This document shows positions 8,698-18,646 of a stretch of 64,000 nucleotides of DNA, in pieces. Each line of letters begins with the position of its first letter. Position 1 is the stretch's first letter. The stretch covers positions 1,510 through 65,509 of the forward strand of contig JAZRWH010000049.1 of NCBI GenBank assembly GCA_045599585.1, given 5' to 3'. A program made the translations under genes and the position numbers. Source of the DNA: Myxococcota bacterium (GTDB taxonomy: Bacteria; Myxococcota_A; Bradymonadia; UBA4248). The notes under the pieces are model-generated. The model searched no databases. It was not told the DNA's origin and worked only from the letters and a program-made list of their open reading frames with translations.

Positions 8698-10677
8698 CTA
8701 CGGCACACTAAGCATGATTGCTGCTTTGGGATCTTTGTGCTCCGAAAGAAGCATTTTTCGCGTCTTTGACGGCTCTCTGGCCGTTGCTTCACTACGAATC
8801 TCTATCTCTATTTTATTAGGATCACCATAAGTATAAATTGTACACGGCGTGCTTGAGCAGGTCAAATGTTTTTGAACATAGATATCTGCTGTAACGGGCG
8901 TTCCAATTATATCATAACTGTTTACTTTACTAGGATCAAAAACTGCTCCCTTCACAGCCGATACATAGGAAACATCTGCCATGATTTTGCCGACAGAAAC
9001 AACCGTTGCACGACGTACACCTGGAATCGCCGTATCAATTTGCTGAGCACTCTGCTCAACACTAGAGGTTATATTCGATGCTGTTCGAGTGCTAAGCATG
9101 TCTGAAGAATAAATAAAATACCCGCCAACAAGCAAAAGCAACATTATAACAAAGACAACAGCCATACCGAATCCGCGTGACTTTTTCTGCGGAACTGGAA
9201 TTTTAGAATTCGTAACATTCGGACGCGATGCAACCCCGGTAGATCGAAACTGAGTGTCTTTTAAAGATGCGCGGATTGATCCTGATGATGGAATCACACT
9301 ACTCAATGATACTTCGCTTTCACGGTCATTCGCGACTGCACTGTCTCCGCTTGTTGAGTCTTTGATTAAGGGTGCACTTTTCTTCTCTAGCGCATCCATC
9401 TTTTCGAGTTTAGAAAGAGATTCATGCAAGCTGCCGAAATGTAAACTCTCATGCCGTACAGCCGCAGCCTCCCTAGGATTACTCTTGCGCCCCTCTGACT
9501 CAGAGGGATCCTTGAGCTGAGGTACGCCCGACGGAATAGACGAAGCTTTTACGGGAGGAATCCCTTCATCAGAGTCAAACTCATGCCCACCTTCAAACAA
9601 CTTAAACGGATCTACCGCGCTGTCTTCTGCTGAACGTCTTACATCTGAAGACCCAACGCCGTTGAGAAGGGGTACACTACCGCTTTTTCCACCAAGTCGA
9701 CCATTATACGAGACATCTAAATTAAGAAATTTATCAAACGAGCTTGCGTCCGAAATTTCCTGAAAGATACTAGGATACGCTCTTTCCCTTACAACCTGCG
9801 GTTTTGCGTTAATCTTTTCTTTAATTTTATGCTGCCATTGAGCTTCATTTTTCATCTTCTCAATGGCCTGTTTAAGATCATTATAAAACTCAAGCGTTGA
9901 TTGATAGCGCTCTTGAGGATTCTTCTTTACCGCCTTTTCAATGACAGCACCTAAGGCAGTCTGGGCCAATTCTGCAGGAAGCTTAACGGGGTCTTTAATC
10001 TGCATCCGGAGGACTTCGCGCGGATCTGGATCATCAAAAACAATCTGTCCTGTCCACAATTCGATCAAAATAAGACCAATCGCATAAATATCAGTGTAAG
10101 GTCCAATTTGACGCCTCTGTATCTGCTCCGGAGCCATATACTGTGGGGTTCCGACAAGCGCTTTTTTGGAGTTATCCTCCATCTTCGACAAGAGGTTCGC
10201 AACGCCAAAATCAATCAGCTTAGCTACGTCGTTTTTTGCCCCACGCGACGTTAACATGATGTTTTCAGGCTTTAGATCACAGTGAATGATACCACGGCTG
10301 TGCGTCTCAACCAAAGCATCCAAAACCTGACAACCTACATCTCCGATGCGTTCAAAATTAAAGGGACCTTCGTTCGATAAAATGTCGCCCAGTTCTCGAC
10401 CATCAACATACTCCATGACTAGGCACGGTATCCCACCTCTGATCAAGTCATAATCATAGAGTCTAGCAATATTCGGATGCTCTAAGCGTTTAACAGCCTC
10501 AATTTCAGACGCAAAATTCTCAATAGATCCCGGCGAGGATCTAATAAATTTTACGGCTACGATACGATCCAGTTTGGTATCGCGTGCTTTGTAGACACCA
10601 CCAAAAGCACCCTCTCCTATTAGATCCGATATCTCGTACTTATTAAGTAAAATCTCACCAGGTTTGAATTGCAGCAC
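8698..10677 (-). CDS. Hanks-type Ser/Thr protein kinase with one TM helix and an extracytoplasmic PEGA-like tail
   Basis: GEGAFGGVYKA..VAVK, HCDLKPENIM, DFG and MAPE motifs. TM helix VVFVIMLLLLVGGYFIY. GTG start at 10677. Confidence 0.9.
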   Translation of the reverse strand: MLQFKPGEILLNKYEISDLIGEGAFGGVYKARDTKLDRIVAVKFIRSSPGSIENFASEIEAVKRLEHPNIARLYDYDLIRGGIPCLVMEYVDGRELGDILSNEGPFNFERIGDVGCQVLDALVETHSRGIIHCDLKPENIMLTSRGAKNDVAKLIDFGVANLLSKMEDNSKKALVGTPQYMAPEQIQRRQIGPYTDIYAIGLILIELWTGQIVFDDPDPREVLRMQIKDPVKLPAELAQTALGAVIEKAVKKNPQERYQSTLEFYNDLKQAIEKMKNEAQWQHKIKEKINAKPQVVRERAYPSIFQEISDASSFDKFLNLDVSYNGRLGGKSGSVPLLNGVGSSDVRRSAEDSAVDPFKLFEGGHEFDSDEGIPPVKASSIPSGVPQLKDPSESEGRKSNPREAAAVRHESLHFGSLHESLSKLEKMDALEKKSAPLIKDSTSGDSAVANDRESEVSLSSVIPSSGSIRASLKDTQFRSTGVASRPNVTNSKIPVPQKKSRGFGMAVVFVIMLLLLVGGYFIYSSDMLSTRTASNITSSVEQSAQQIDTAIPGVRRATVVSVGKIMADVSYVSAVKGAVFDPSKVNSYDIIGTPVTADIYVQKHLTCSSTPCTIYTYGDPNKIEIEIRSEATAREPSKTRKMLLSEHKDPKAAIMLSVP

Positions 10678-10793
10678 GGACTTACCCTTTAGTCACCGAA
10701 TGCCCTCGTTTATCAAAGGCATACTGCTAAAGATTACCGCTATTTACTCCGCAATTCAATCCATTTTGGCAACACTCAACGCAACAAACGATG

Positions 10794-13190
10794 CTACGAA
10801 ACAGTCCTGAGCAATAAATGATCGCCTTCTGCGCTCACGCCCACGTTGCACGTTCCGCCATCCTTCAATCCACCAAACAAAATCTCATCCGAAAGCTTAA
10901 ACGCAATTTCTTTCTGAATCAATCTGTTCAACGGGCGTGCACCCATTAATTCACTGTATCCTCGTTCTGCTAACCAACTGCGTGATTCTGGCGAAAGCCG
11001 AATCTTTATATCTCGCGCCGAAAGGCGGCTCTCAAGTTCACCAACGAGCTTGTCTACGATCTTCTCCATGACCTCGCGCGCAAGCGGATTGAACAATACA
11101 ATCTCATCAAGCCTATTCCTAAACTCGGGCGAAAATGTCTTCTCGATCTCCTTCTCACTCTTCGAAAGATCCACATGCTGACTAAAACCAATGGATAGCT
11201 GCCCCATTTCTCTACCGCCAGCATTACTCGTCATAATCAAAATGACATTCTTAAAGTCTGCAACATTACCCGAGTTATCCGTTAATCGAGCGGCATCCAT
11301 CACCTGAAGGAGCAAATCAAAAATACTGGAATGTGCTTTTTCTATTTCATCCAATAGTAATACACATCTGGGATTCGATCGAATCGCTTCAGTCAACAAT
11401 CCACCCTTTTCATAGCCTACATAGCCAGGAGCAGAACCAATAAATTTAGATACCGTATAGGCTTCCTGGAACTCACTCATATCAAATCGTACAAATGATA
11501 ATCCCAATATTTTCGACAACTGCCGAGCGATTTCTGTTTTGCCTACGCCTGTTGGTCCGGCAAACAATAACGACGCCGTAGGCTTGTCAACAGGTCTCAA
11601 ACCAGCGCGGGATAATTTGATCAAACGCATCACGCTATCAATGGCATCATCCTGACCAAACACAACTTTTTTGAGGCGAATATCTGCTTCTTTCAAACTC
11701 TCCCGCTCATCTTGCGTCGCACGGATATCCGGAATATGAGCTACTTTAGATACCACACGTTCAATCTGCTCACGTTTGATCAAAAGTTGCTGTTCACCTA
11801 CCGGAAGCGCTCGATTCGTTGCACCCGCCTCATCGATAACATCAAGCGCCTTATCCGGAAAATTACGATCATTGACGTATTTGTCACACAACTCGATCGC
11901 TGCATCAATCGCTTCATCCGTTATCTCAACCTCGTGATAAACTTCATATTTATCACGAACGCCTAACATGATCTCTTTTGTCAAGGCTGCATCAGGGGCA
12001 TTGACTGTCAGTTTATAAAAGCGACGCATAATCGCATTATCACTCATCAGGGAATTACGCCCGTCTGCTTGTGTCGTCGTTCCTATTACACGCAACGATC
12101 CATCCGATAGACCAGGTTTTAAATAGGATAAAATCGATGGTTCACCATGCGCACCTGTGCTTTGACTCGTCGATTGTATTTCATCAATAAACAAAATTGA
12201 ATTGGGGATTTTTCGCATTATTTCCATGATATGATGAATGCGATTCTCCAATTCCCCTCTAAACTGCGTTCCAGCCATCATGGCTGTCACGTCTAATTCA
12301 AAGATCTTATAGCCTTTTAGAGGAAGTGGAACATCTCCTTTGGCAAGTCTTTCTGCAAGACCATACACGATCGCCGTTTTACCAATTCCGCTTTCACCAA
12401 CAATAAGAATGTTCCGCTTATTGCGACGAAGTAGCGTTTCAATACACGCATGCAACTCCTCTTCTCGGCCAATAACGGGATCAAGTTCGCCAGCAGCCGC
12501 ACGCTGCGTCAGATCTTTCAAAACACCGCCCATGCGTCGAATTGCTTCTTTCCACGTTCTTGGATCACTCCAATCTTCGCTATCCGCATCATCATCATAA
12601 TCCGACGCGCTGTCCATATCCTCAGAAATAACTGATGCAGAAAACCCAAGCCCCCCCAAACGCGACTCGATTCCGCTACGAAGTTCATCCAGTTCGATTG
12701 GCGACATCATATCCCCTTCACGCGGTATGAGACTATTATCTTTTACAGGATGACTAGCCGCCCATTTTTTTAGTCCTAGTGCGGTAATACCATGCGCAAG
12801 AAGTAATTCCTGGGCAAAAGAACCACTTCCCTCTTTGGATTCCATCATCTCAATAACAAAATCAATCGCCCTAGGAAATCTTATCTGAGCGCCCACACTA
12901 TGAGCCATTGTATCATAAATAACGCGCTCTAAACTCGGTGTCATTTCTGCGAGATCATCTTCTGATACACTCGGACTATTCTCTGATTCTAATTGCGTAT
13001 CAAAATAATAACCCAGTTCTTTATAGAAAACTTCTGGATCACTAATATTAAACGAATGAAGCATTCTTTTTAATTCCGCTTCATGAAGCAAAGACCAGAG
13101 AAGATGTTCGGTCGTCAAATACAAATTCCGTCTTCGAAGTGCTTCCCCACGCGCTCTATCCAATATGACATTCAGTTTCTGAGGATCCAT
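10794..13190 (-). CDS. clpA: ATP-dependent Clp protease ATP-binding subunit ClpA
   Basis: Clp_N repeats. Two AAA+ modules with Walker A motifs GESGIGKTAI and GPTGVGKTEIA. Sits directly downstream of clpS. Confidence 0.93.
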   Translation of the reverse strand: MDPQKLNVILDRARGEALRRRNLYLTTEHLLWSLLHEAELKRMLHSFNISDPEVFYKELGYYFDTQLESENSPSVSEDDLAEMTPSLERVIYDTMAHSVGAQIRFPRAIDFVIEMMESKEGSGSFAQELLLAHGITALGLKKWAASHPVKDNSLIPREGDMMSPIELDELRSGIESRLGGLGFSASVISEDMDSASDYDDDADSEDWSDPRTWKEAIRRMGGVLKDLTQRAAAGELDPVIGREEELHACIETLLRRNKRNILIVGESGIGKTAIVYGLAERLAKGDVPLPLKGYKIFELDVTAMMAGTQFRGELENRIHHIMEIMRKIPNSILFIDEIQSTSQSTGAHGEPSILSYLKPGLSDGSLRVIGTTTQADGRNSLMSDNAIMRRFYKLTVNAPDAALTKEIMLGVRDKYEVYHEVEITDEAIDAAIELCDKYVNDRNFPDKALDVIDEAGATNRALPVGEQQLLIKREQIERVVSKVAHIPDIRATQDERESLKEADIRLKKVVFGQDDAIDSVMRLIKLSRAGLRPVDKPTASLLFAGPTGVGKTEIARQLSKILGLSFVRFDMSEFQEAYTVSKFIGSAPGYVGYEKGGLLTEAIRSNPRCVLLLDEIEKAHSSIFDLLLQVMDAARLTDNSGNVADFKNVILIMTSNAGGREMGQLSIGFSQHVDLSKSEKEIEKTFSPEFRNRLDEIVLFNPLAREVMEKIVDKLVGELESRLSARDIKIRLSPESRSWLAERGYSELMGARPLNRLIQKEIAFKLSDEILFGGLKDGGTCNVGVSAEGDHLLLRTVS

Positions 13191-13234
13191 CTTATATTTC
13201 CTTTTATATTAATTCACTCTATTGTTCATCGATA

Positions 13235-13543
13235 TTATTCACAATCTTCCACTACAGCCTGAAGTGGAAATCCTGCTGCATCTGCCATACTATGCACTAA
13301 ATGAACTTTCATAAGTGCAATTTCTCTAGGATATTCACCAGCTACTCCGCGTCCCTCAAAGTGTACCTTTTTTGTTATTCGCTCTGCTTCAGAAACGCTC
13401 TTTCTAAACACTTTCATCAAAACTTCTATTACAAATTCAAAGGTCGAATAGTCGTCATTTAACAGAAATACACGGCACTTCCTTACCTGTATCACTTCAA
13501 CGTTAGTCGTTGATCTTACTTCTCGCGATGTTCTTTCAGACAT
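13235..13543 (-). CDS. clpS: ATP-dependent Clp protease adaptor ClpS
   Basis: 102 aa with the core VFLLNDDYSTFEFVIEVLMKVF, typical of ClpS. Lies 44 bp upstream of clpA. Confidence 0.9.
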   Translation of the reverse strand: MSERTSREVRSTTNVEVIQVRKCRVFLLNDDYSTFEFVIEVLMKVFRKSVSEAERITKKVHFEGRGVAGEYPREIALMKVHLVHSMADAAGFPLQAVVEDCE

Positions 13544-13732
13544 TTGTATCTCCCTAAACTCTTCAATTTAAAACTCTATTTTTCGTACATCTGCATAATA
13601 TGTTCTATTTAAACAACATATATCGTAAATTCTAACTTTCCTTAAGCAACATATCGAATGCGCATCTGACACAACGAGTAAACATTGCAATCAACCAATG
13701 GACAACAGATGCGCACCATGAAACGGCAAAGT

Positions 13733-16249
13733 CTATTTCATACTCTGATCTTTACCTTTGATGTAGTTGTTTTCACGCCACACTTTCCCGTCCTCTTTCC
13801 ACCAAATCCAATGACCTTCTCTTTTTCCTGCCTTAAACTCGCCTTCTCCGAATTTTTGGCCATTTTCATAGTAAGAAGTCCATTTTCCCTCTTCTAAACC
13901 ATCTGAATAGGCACCCTCATCTTTTACTTTTCCATTTTCATAATACCACACCCATGAGCCAATGCGTTTTCCACCGTCGTACTCGCCATAACTAGACTTT
14001 TGGCCATTTTCATAAAACGTCGTCCATTCCCCCTTTTCTTTTCCGTCAACGTCGTAACTTCCGCTAAATTTTGGCTTATAACCTATATAATATCCGCGCC
14101 ATACACCAACAGGCCTATCCAACGAGAATTCACCTTCCAACATAATATAGTTTTTGTCGGCTTCCACACCAATTTTTCCTCCTGGATAATAATAAGCCCA
14201 ATGACCATCAAGATGTCCTAGATTAAACTCACCTTCCCGTTGAAGCGCTCCATGCTCGTCCCACCATCTCCACTTGCCGTATCGAAGTTTATCTGGATGC
14301 GTTACGACATCTCGATTCACCATCGATAAATAACATCCCTCTACGCGATTCTCCTCGTCAATAACATATTCGCCACCTTCATTTTTACATTTATCTGCAT
14401 TAGGACCAACCGGTACACCCTGATCATATTCTACTTCACGCCAAAATGTACCATCGAGCAAATACAATTTCCATTTACCATCACGCGTATCAGAAACACT
14501 TGAATCAAAGCCCTTCGCTCTAACTTTCCCGTTAGAATAGTACAACGTTATGGGATTTCTTGGTCTTGTAAAATCCTGATCTTTTACAAGAGCGCCTGTG
14601 CCACTATACTCTTTGTAGTGGCCAGAAATTTCTGTATATACTATAGGCTCATCCGATTTTAAATTAACTGTTTGCTTGTATGTTGCTTCCCAGGCTAAAC
14701 CACCTAAAGTATAGTACCCTTTAAAGCTAGAAACAGGCTTGCCATAAGCATAATGCTTTATTCTATCAGGCATTCCATCGTCAAACCAAAACATCTCAGT
14801 GCCCCATTTTTGACCGTCTTTATATTCTACACTTCGATATTTGGATCCGTTTTCACCATAGTACTCCCACGTACCATTTCTTTTGCCATCTTTCCATTCG
14901 CCTTTTTCGCGTATTTTACCATTATGCCAATATGCAATCCATTGCCCAGTACCTTCTGAAATCGAGCAACGACCGTATTCTGCACGAGATTCCCTTTCTT
15001 TATTTGAAGGCGCTAAATATATAACTTCGCCCTGAACAATATCTAGGTATTCTAAATTATCATCGATTTCAATTGGCATTGTTCTTTCAAACAAATACGC
15101 ACTAGGCTCTGTTAAGTATTCTCCATTTTTATGATATTCCGTGTGAGACCATAATTCTTTTCTATTTTTTACTTGCTTTCGTTCCTCAATATAGCGAATT
15201 TCCCCTGTAGAATAATATCGAATGACTTTCCCTTCATCATTTTTTTCATCTAAACAACTGAGCTGACGTTCGTTGTGATCAAAGTTATAATCTTTATACC
15301 CAGAACAAAGTTCAATAATAATAGGATCTATTACAACGCTGTCACGATCAAATTCTATATCTAACCATTTTTCACCATTTGCATCGTAAAATGTCTGCGT
15401 CTTATACATCGATCCTACTACAGCAGGATCTGAATCCGTCCGCTCTAAACGATATCCCTCGGTCTTTTTCTTGCCACTAATAACATCATACTCAACTGTC
15501 CATACCAGACGTTCAAATTCACCTATTTCTTTGGTTAATGCCTCTGGAGCTTCTTTCTGATATTCTTTTTTATATTCAAGTCCGCCGAACATTGGATGAT
15601 ACAAATACCATGTCTCTGAAGGTTTCCCCTTGAAATAGGATCCATAATATTCAGGCGATGCGTGGTCATTAAATCGTGCCGTTTCACCATCCATTTCGCC
15701 CTTACTATAATGGTTATAATATACAAGCTGGCCATTTTCTCCCCATTCCAGCTCGTTTCCGTCAATTTCATCCGCACTATATTCTATAACTGACTTTAAA
15801 AAATTCTGTTCTGGAGATTGATACTGAACCGCTTCACCCTCTTTTTTTCCCTTAACAAACCAAACATAACCGTTAATTACATTTTTTGGAGGTGTCGTTT
15901 GATAAACTTGTCCACGGTTCTTTGTAACAAAACTCCAAAGTCCAACAGCCTCTCCATTAATTTTACAACCGTAAAGATCATGATATTCATTAAATGCTAA
16001 TTTTGAAGGCCATTTTCCGCCATTGTCGACACAACTCTTCTCATCACTAATATCTAGTGCCTGATCCGGGCGTGCCGGAGCATAGGACAATTCATAAGGA
16101 TCGCTCGGCGGAAGTGATACCTTATCCCAGTTTACAGTATCATATTTTGCTCGAAGCGGCGTACGATCAATAATGTCCTGCGCTGCCGCTTCACGCGCGG
16201 AATACACACTTGCTGCTGCTAAAAAAATGCATAATATCTGTCTTTTCAT
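13733..16249 (-). CDS. secreted MORN-variant (YwqK-like) repeat protein, 838 aa
   Basis: Signal peptide MKRQILCIFLAAASVYSA. Many G.W..YYENG....G.Y..G...G.W repeats, for example GEWTTFYENGQKSSYGEYDGGKRIGSWVWYYENGKV. Confidence 0.85.
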   Translation of the reverse strand: MKRQILCIFLAAASVYSAREAAAQDIIDRTPLRAKYDTVNWDKVSLPPSDPYELSYAPARPDQALDISDEKSCVDNGGKWPSKLAFNEYHDLYGCKINGEAVGLWSFVTKNRGQVYQTTPPKNVINGYVWFVKGKKEGEAVQYQSPEQNFLKSVIEYSADEIDGNELEWGENGQLVYYNHYSKGEMDGETARFNDHASPEYYGSYFKGKPSETWYLYHPMFGGLEYKKEYQKEAPEALTKEIGEFERLVWTVEYDVISGKKKTEGYRLERTDSDPAVVGSMYKTQTFYDANGEKWLDIEFDRDSVVIDPIIIELCSGYKDYNFDHNERQLSCLDEKNDEGKVIRYYSTGEIRYIEERKQVKNRKELWSHTEYHKNGEYLTEPSAYLFERTMPIEIDDNLEYLDIVQGEVIYLAPSNKERESRAEYGRCSISEGTGQWIAYWHNGKIREKGEWKDGKRNGTWEYYGENGSKYRSVEYKDGQKWGTEMFWFDDGMPDRIKHYAYGKPVSSFKGYYTLGGLAWEATYKQTVNLKSDEPIVYTEISGHYKEYSGTGALVKDQDFTRPRNPITLYYSNGKVRAKGFDSSVSDTRDGKWKLYLLDGTFWREVEYDQGVPVGPNADKCKNEGGEYVIDEENRVEGCYLSMVNRDVVTHPDKLRYGKWRWWDEHGALQREGEFNLGHLDGHWAYYYPGGKIGVEADKNYIMLEGEFSLDRPVGVWRGYYIGYKPKFSGSYDVDGKEKGEWTTFYENGQKSSYGEYDGGKRIGSWVWYYENGKVKDEGAYSDGLEEGKWTSYYENGQKFGEGEFKAGKREGHWIWWKEDGKVWRENNYIKGKDQSMK

Positions 16250-16314
16250 TATATTAGCCTGCTGTTTGTTATCTAGTTTTCGTAGTATTCCAAATTTATA
16301 TATCGTTCTTTTTT

Positions 16315-16375
16315 GAGGGGGAAGTCTCCCCCTGAGCGGCTATTGGCTAACGCCAATACGCCGCTACCCCCTCAG
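16315..16375 (+). repeat. REP-like composite element, type A, short form
   Basis: GAGGGGGAAGTCTCCCCCTGAGCGGCTATTGGC-TAAC-GCCAATACGCCGCTACCCCCTCAG, lying between two minus-strand genes. Confidence 0.9.
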
Positions 16376-16392
16376 TCAAAACAATTTGTCTG

Positions 16393-18405
16393 CTAAAAAG
16401 CAAGACCCTCAAGCGCCTCACGACTTGAAATTCGTACTGCCGAACCATCAAGTGAATGGACATCCCGCTGTGTAAGATCGATTCTCGGTGAAAAGGCGAC
16501 CGACACAAAATTAGCTAAAACGGCCCAATCAGGAGCAGTACCATCTTTATCTATGCCATAATCCAAAGGATCTGTAGATGAACAAGCGACTCGCCTGCCT
16601 GTCGTCTCGGTCAAACATAGCTCAAGCCATTTATTCTCACGATGGGCACTAATGACATACGGCGCATTTTTTCGAATAACAAAGGCGTCTGTTTCTGCAA
16701 CACGACGGGCTTTTTCTTTGAGTTCTCCAGACAATTCCTCATCCAACATCACAGGAAGCTTAATACCGTATTGTCTAAAAATAACCGGGTATGCCATAAG
16801 CACTTCAGACCACGCCTCATAAGCTTTATCATACTCGCCCTGCTCATCATAAATTGCACCACGTATCGCAGAACATATCGTTTTGAGCTGCTGCTGTTCA
16901 CTGTTCATGGCTTTATCTGCAGCATTGATAAGCTCTAAAGCCTTGCCGTACTCTTGACTACGCCAGGCGATATAACCGCGAACATAATTCCACACGGGTT
17001 CAAAAAAAACTTTTTCCTGATCCGTGACAGAAGCCTCCTCATAGTCTATCAATGCTGTTGTCAAACCACGCCCAGCCACATCTACCAAAACGTCGTTGTA
17101 GGCTGGCGACTCAAAAACATAATACGGAACCAGAAGTGCAGAAACGTTCTCTGGCTTCAGCATAGATTTCAGCGATTGCTGTGTAATAACCCATTGTGTT
17201 CGCTTGAGTTCATCCAATGTTTTGACACGTTCATAGACACTATTTCGCTGCTCACTATCAAACAACCACCACGAATTCTCTGATTTGTAAAGACTTAACT
17301 CAATTTCAAGTCTACGAATGTCTTCGCGAATCGTCGCATAGTAAAATAGCTTTTCTGCAAGCATAAACTGTTCAAAAGAAAGCGAGTTAAATCCTACACG
17401 CCCCGGAGCTTCGATAATGGTTTTCATTAATAAACGCGCTCTATCAGGAAAACCTAAGACCATAAGTAATTCAGCCAAGCTCGTACGAATGGTCATCTCC
17501 GCCTGAATACGCATACGCTTCGAAAGTGGCGTTTTGCGAACTTTTTGCATTGCGGATATCGCTTTTTGAATATCCAAACGAGACAAATAAGGCCCCAATG
17601 CGCTCACAAGAGGCGGTTCAGGACACCCCTCCCCCCCCGTTTTCTCAGCTTTCAACACATAAGAGATCGCTGCATCTGCATGCATGAAATACATTTCGCC
17701 GCGAGCCATATTCGTTAAAATAACACATTCTTTTCCGTGTGAAATCTCTACCGATTTGAGACCAGCTTCATAAGCTTTATAATAATGATGCTGCGCATCC
17801 TCAATCGCTACCAAATCGTTATACGCGATATTGCGAGCAAACCTATCCGTCCCACGAATCGCCGCCTCATCAATCTCTCGTGCCTCATCGTATTTGCCGA
17901 GTTTCATCAGAGCCCAAGAGGCACGTACCCCTCTTGGACGATTATATAACTGTTCGATACGATCAAAAACTGCTAGTTCTTCCTGACGCTGATCCAAATC
18001 GGCATAGATCATCGCTTGCTCCGAAAGTAACTGCATATGCCACGCCTGTAACTCAGCATTTTCAGGAACCTTTCCATCCTCAAAATACTTCTCTTCAAAC
18101 AACTTGATCGTTTTTTTGTATGAAGACTGAGCGCGGTACAAATCGCCTTCGCCCATGTGGTAGACTCTACCGATAACGTAATTTGCAATAATCGATTCTG
18201 GCGTTTCTGCGAGTATTTTTTCTACAACAGATCGAGCTTTTATATAATTTCCTTGCGAAACAAGCTCGTAGGCTTCCTTTTCATCAAGTGACGAAAATAA
18301 GGCTACCTGCGCATAAGCGTTCTCTTGCGGACATATCAACAAGCCACCCAATGAAATTCCTGCAGCCAATGCAAGAACCTTCAAAAAATGAAAACAGCCC
18401 TTCAT
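16393..18405 (-). CDS. secreted TPR-like repeat protein, 670 aa
   Basis: Signal peptide ...LICPQENAYAQ. Helical repeat character with recurrent Y..A...Y.KA motifs. No catalytic motif seen. Confidence 0.8.
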   Translation of the reverse strand: MKGCFHFLKVLALAAGISLGGLLICPQENAYAQVALFSSLDEKEAYELVSQGNYIKARSVVEKILAETPESIIANYVIGRVYHMGEGDLYRAQSSYKKTIKLFEEKYFEDGKVPENAELQAWHMQLLSEQAMIYADLDQRQEELAVFDRIEQLYNRPRGVRASWALMKLGKYDEAREIDEAAIRGTDRFARNIAYNDLVAIEDAQHHYYKAYEAGLKSVEISHGKECVILTNMARGEMYFMHADAAISYVLKAEKTGGEGCPEPPLVSALGPYLSRLDIQKAISAMQKVRKTPLSKRMRIQAEMTIRTSLAELLMVLGFPDRARLLMKTIIEAPGRVGFNSLSFEQFMLAEKLFYYATIREDIRRLEIELSLYKSENSWWLFDSEQRNSVYERVKTLDELKRTQWVITQQSLKSMLKPENVSALLVPYYVFESPAYNDVLVDVAGRGLTTALIDYEEASVTDQEKVFFEPVWNYVRGYIAWRSQEYGKALELINAADKAMNSEQQQLKTICSAIRGAIYDEQGEYDKAYEAWSEVLMAYPVIFRQYGIKLPVMLDEELSGELKEKARRVAETDAFVIRKNAPYVISAHRENKWLELCLTETTGRRVACSSTDPLDYGIDKDGTAPDWAVLANFVSVAFSPRIDLTQRDVHSLDGSAVRISSREALEGLAF

Positions 18406-18578
18406 CTGATAACCTCTAACCTATGACATCCAAAGCAACCGATCCGTATCCAAAGATCCTCTTTTTACAGTTTTCCTACAGTTTTCAACCCTTGATCTAG
18501 GCCAAACCAAGTACATAAAACTGTATTGTAATTTTTAAATACGATGTACATTTATAAATTACTTTTTTGCTGAATCAA

Positions 18579-18634
18579 GAGGGGGTAGCGGCGTATTGGC
18601 TTTGCCAATAGCCGCTCAGGGGGACACATCCCCC
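18579..18634 (-). repeat. REP-like composite element, type A, short form, inverted orientation
   Basis: GAGGGGGTAGCGGCGTATTGGC-TTT-GCCAATAGCCGCTCAGGGGGACACATCCCCC. Confidence 0.9.
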
Positions 18635-18646
18635 ACCAAACCAAAA

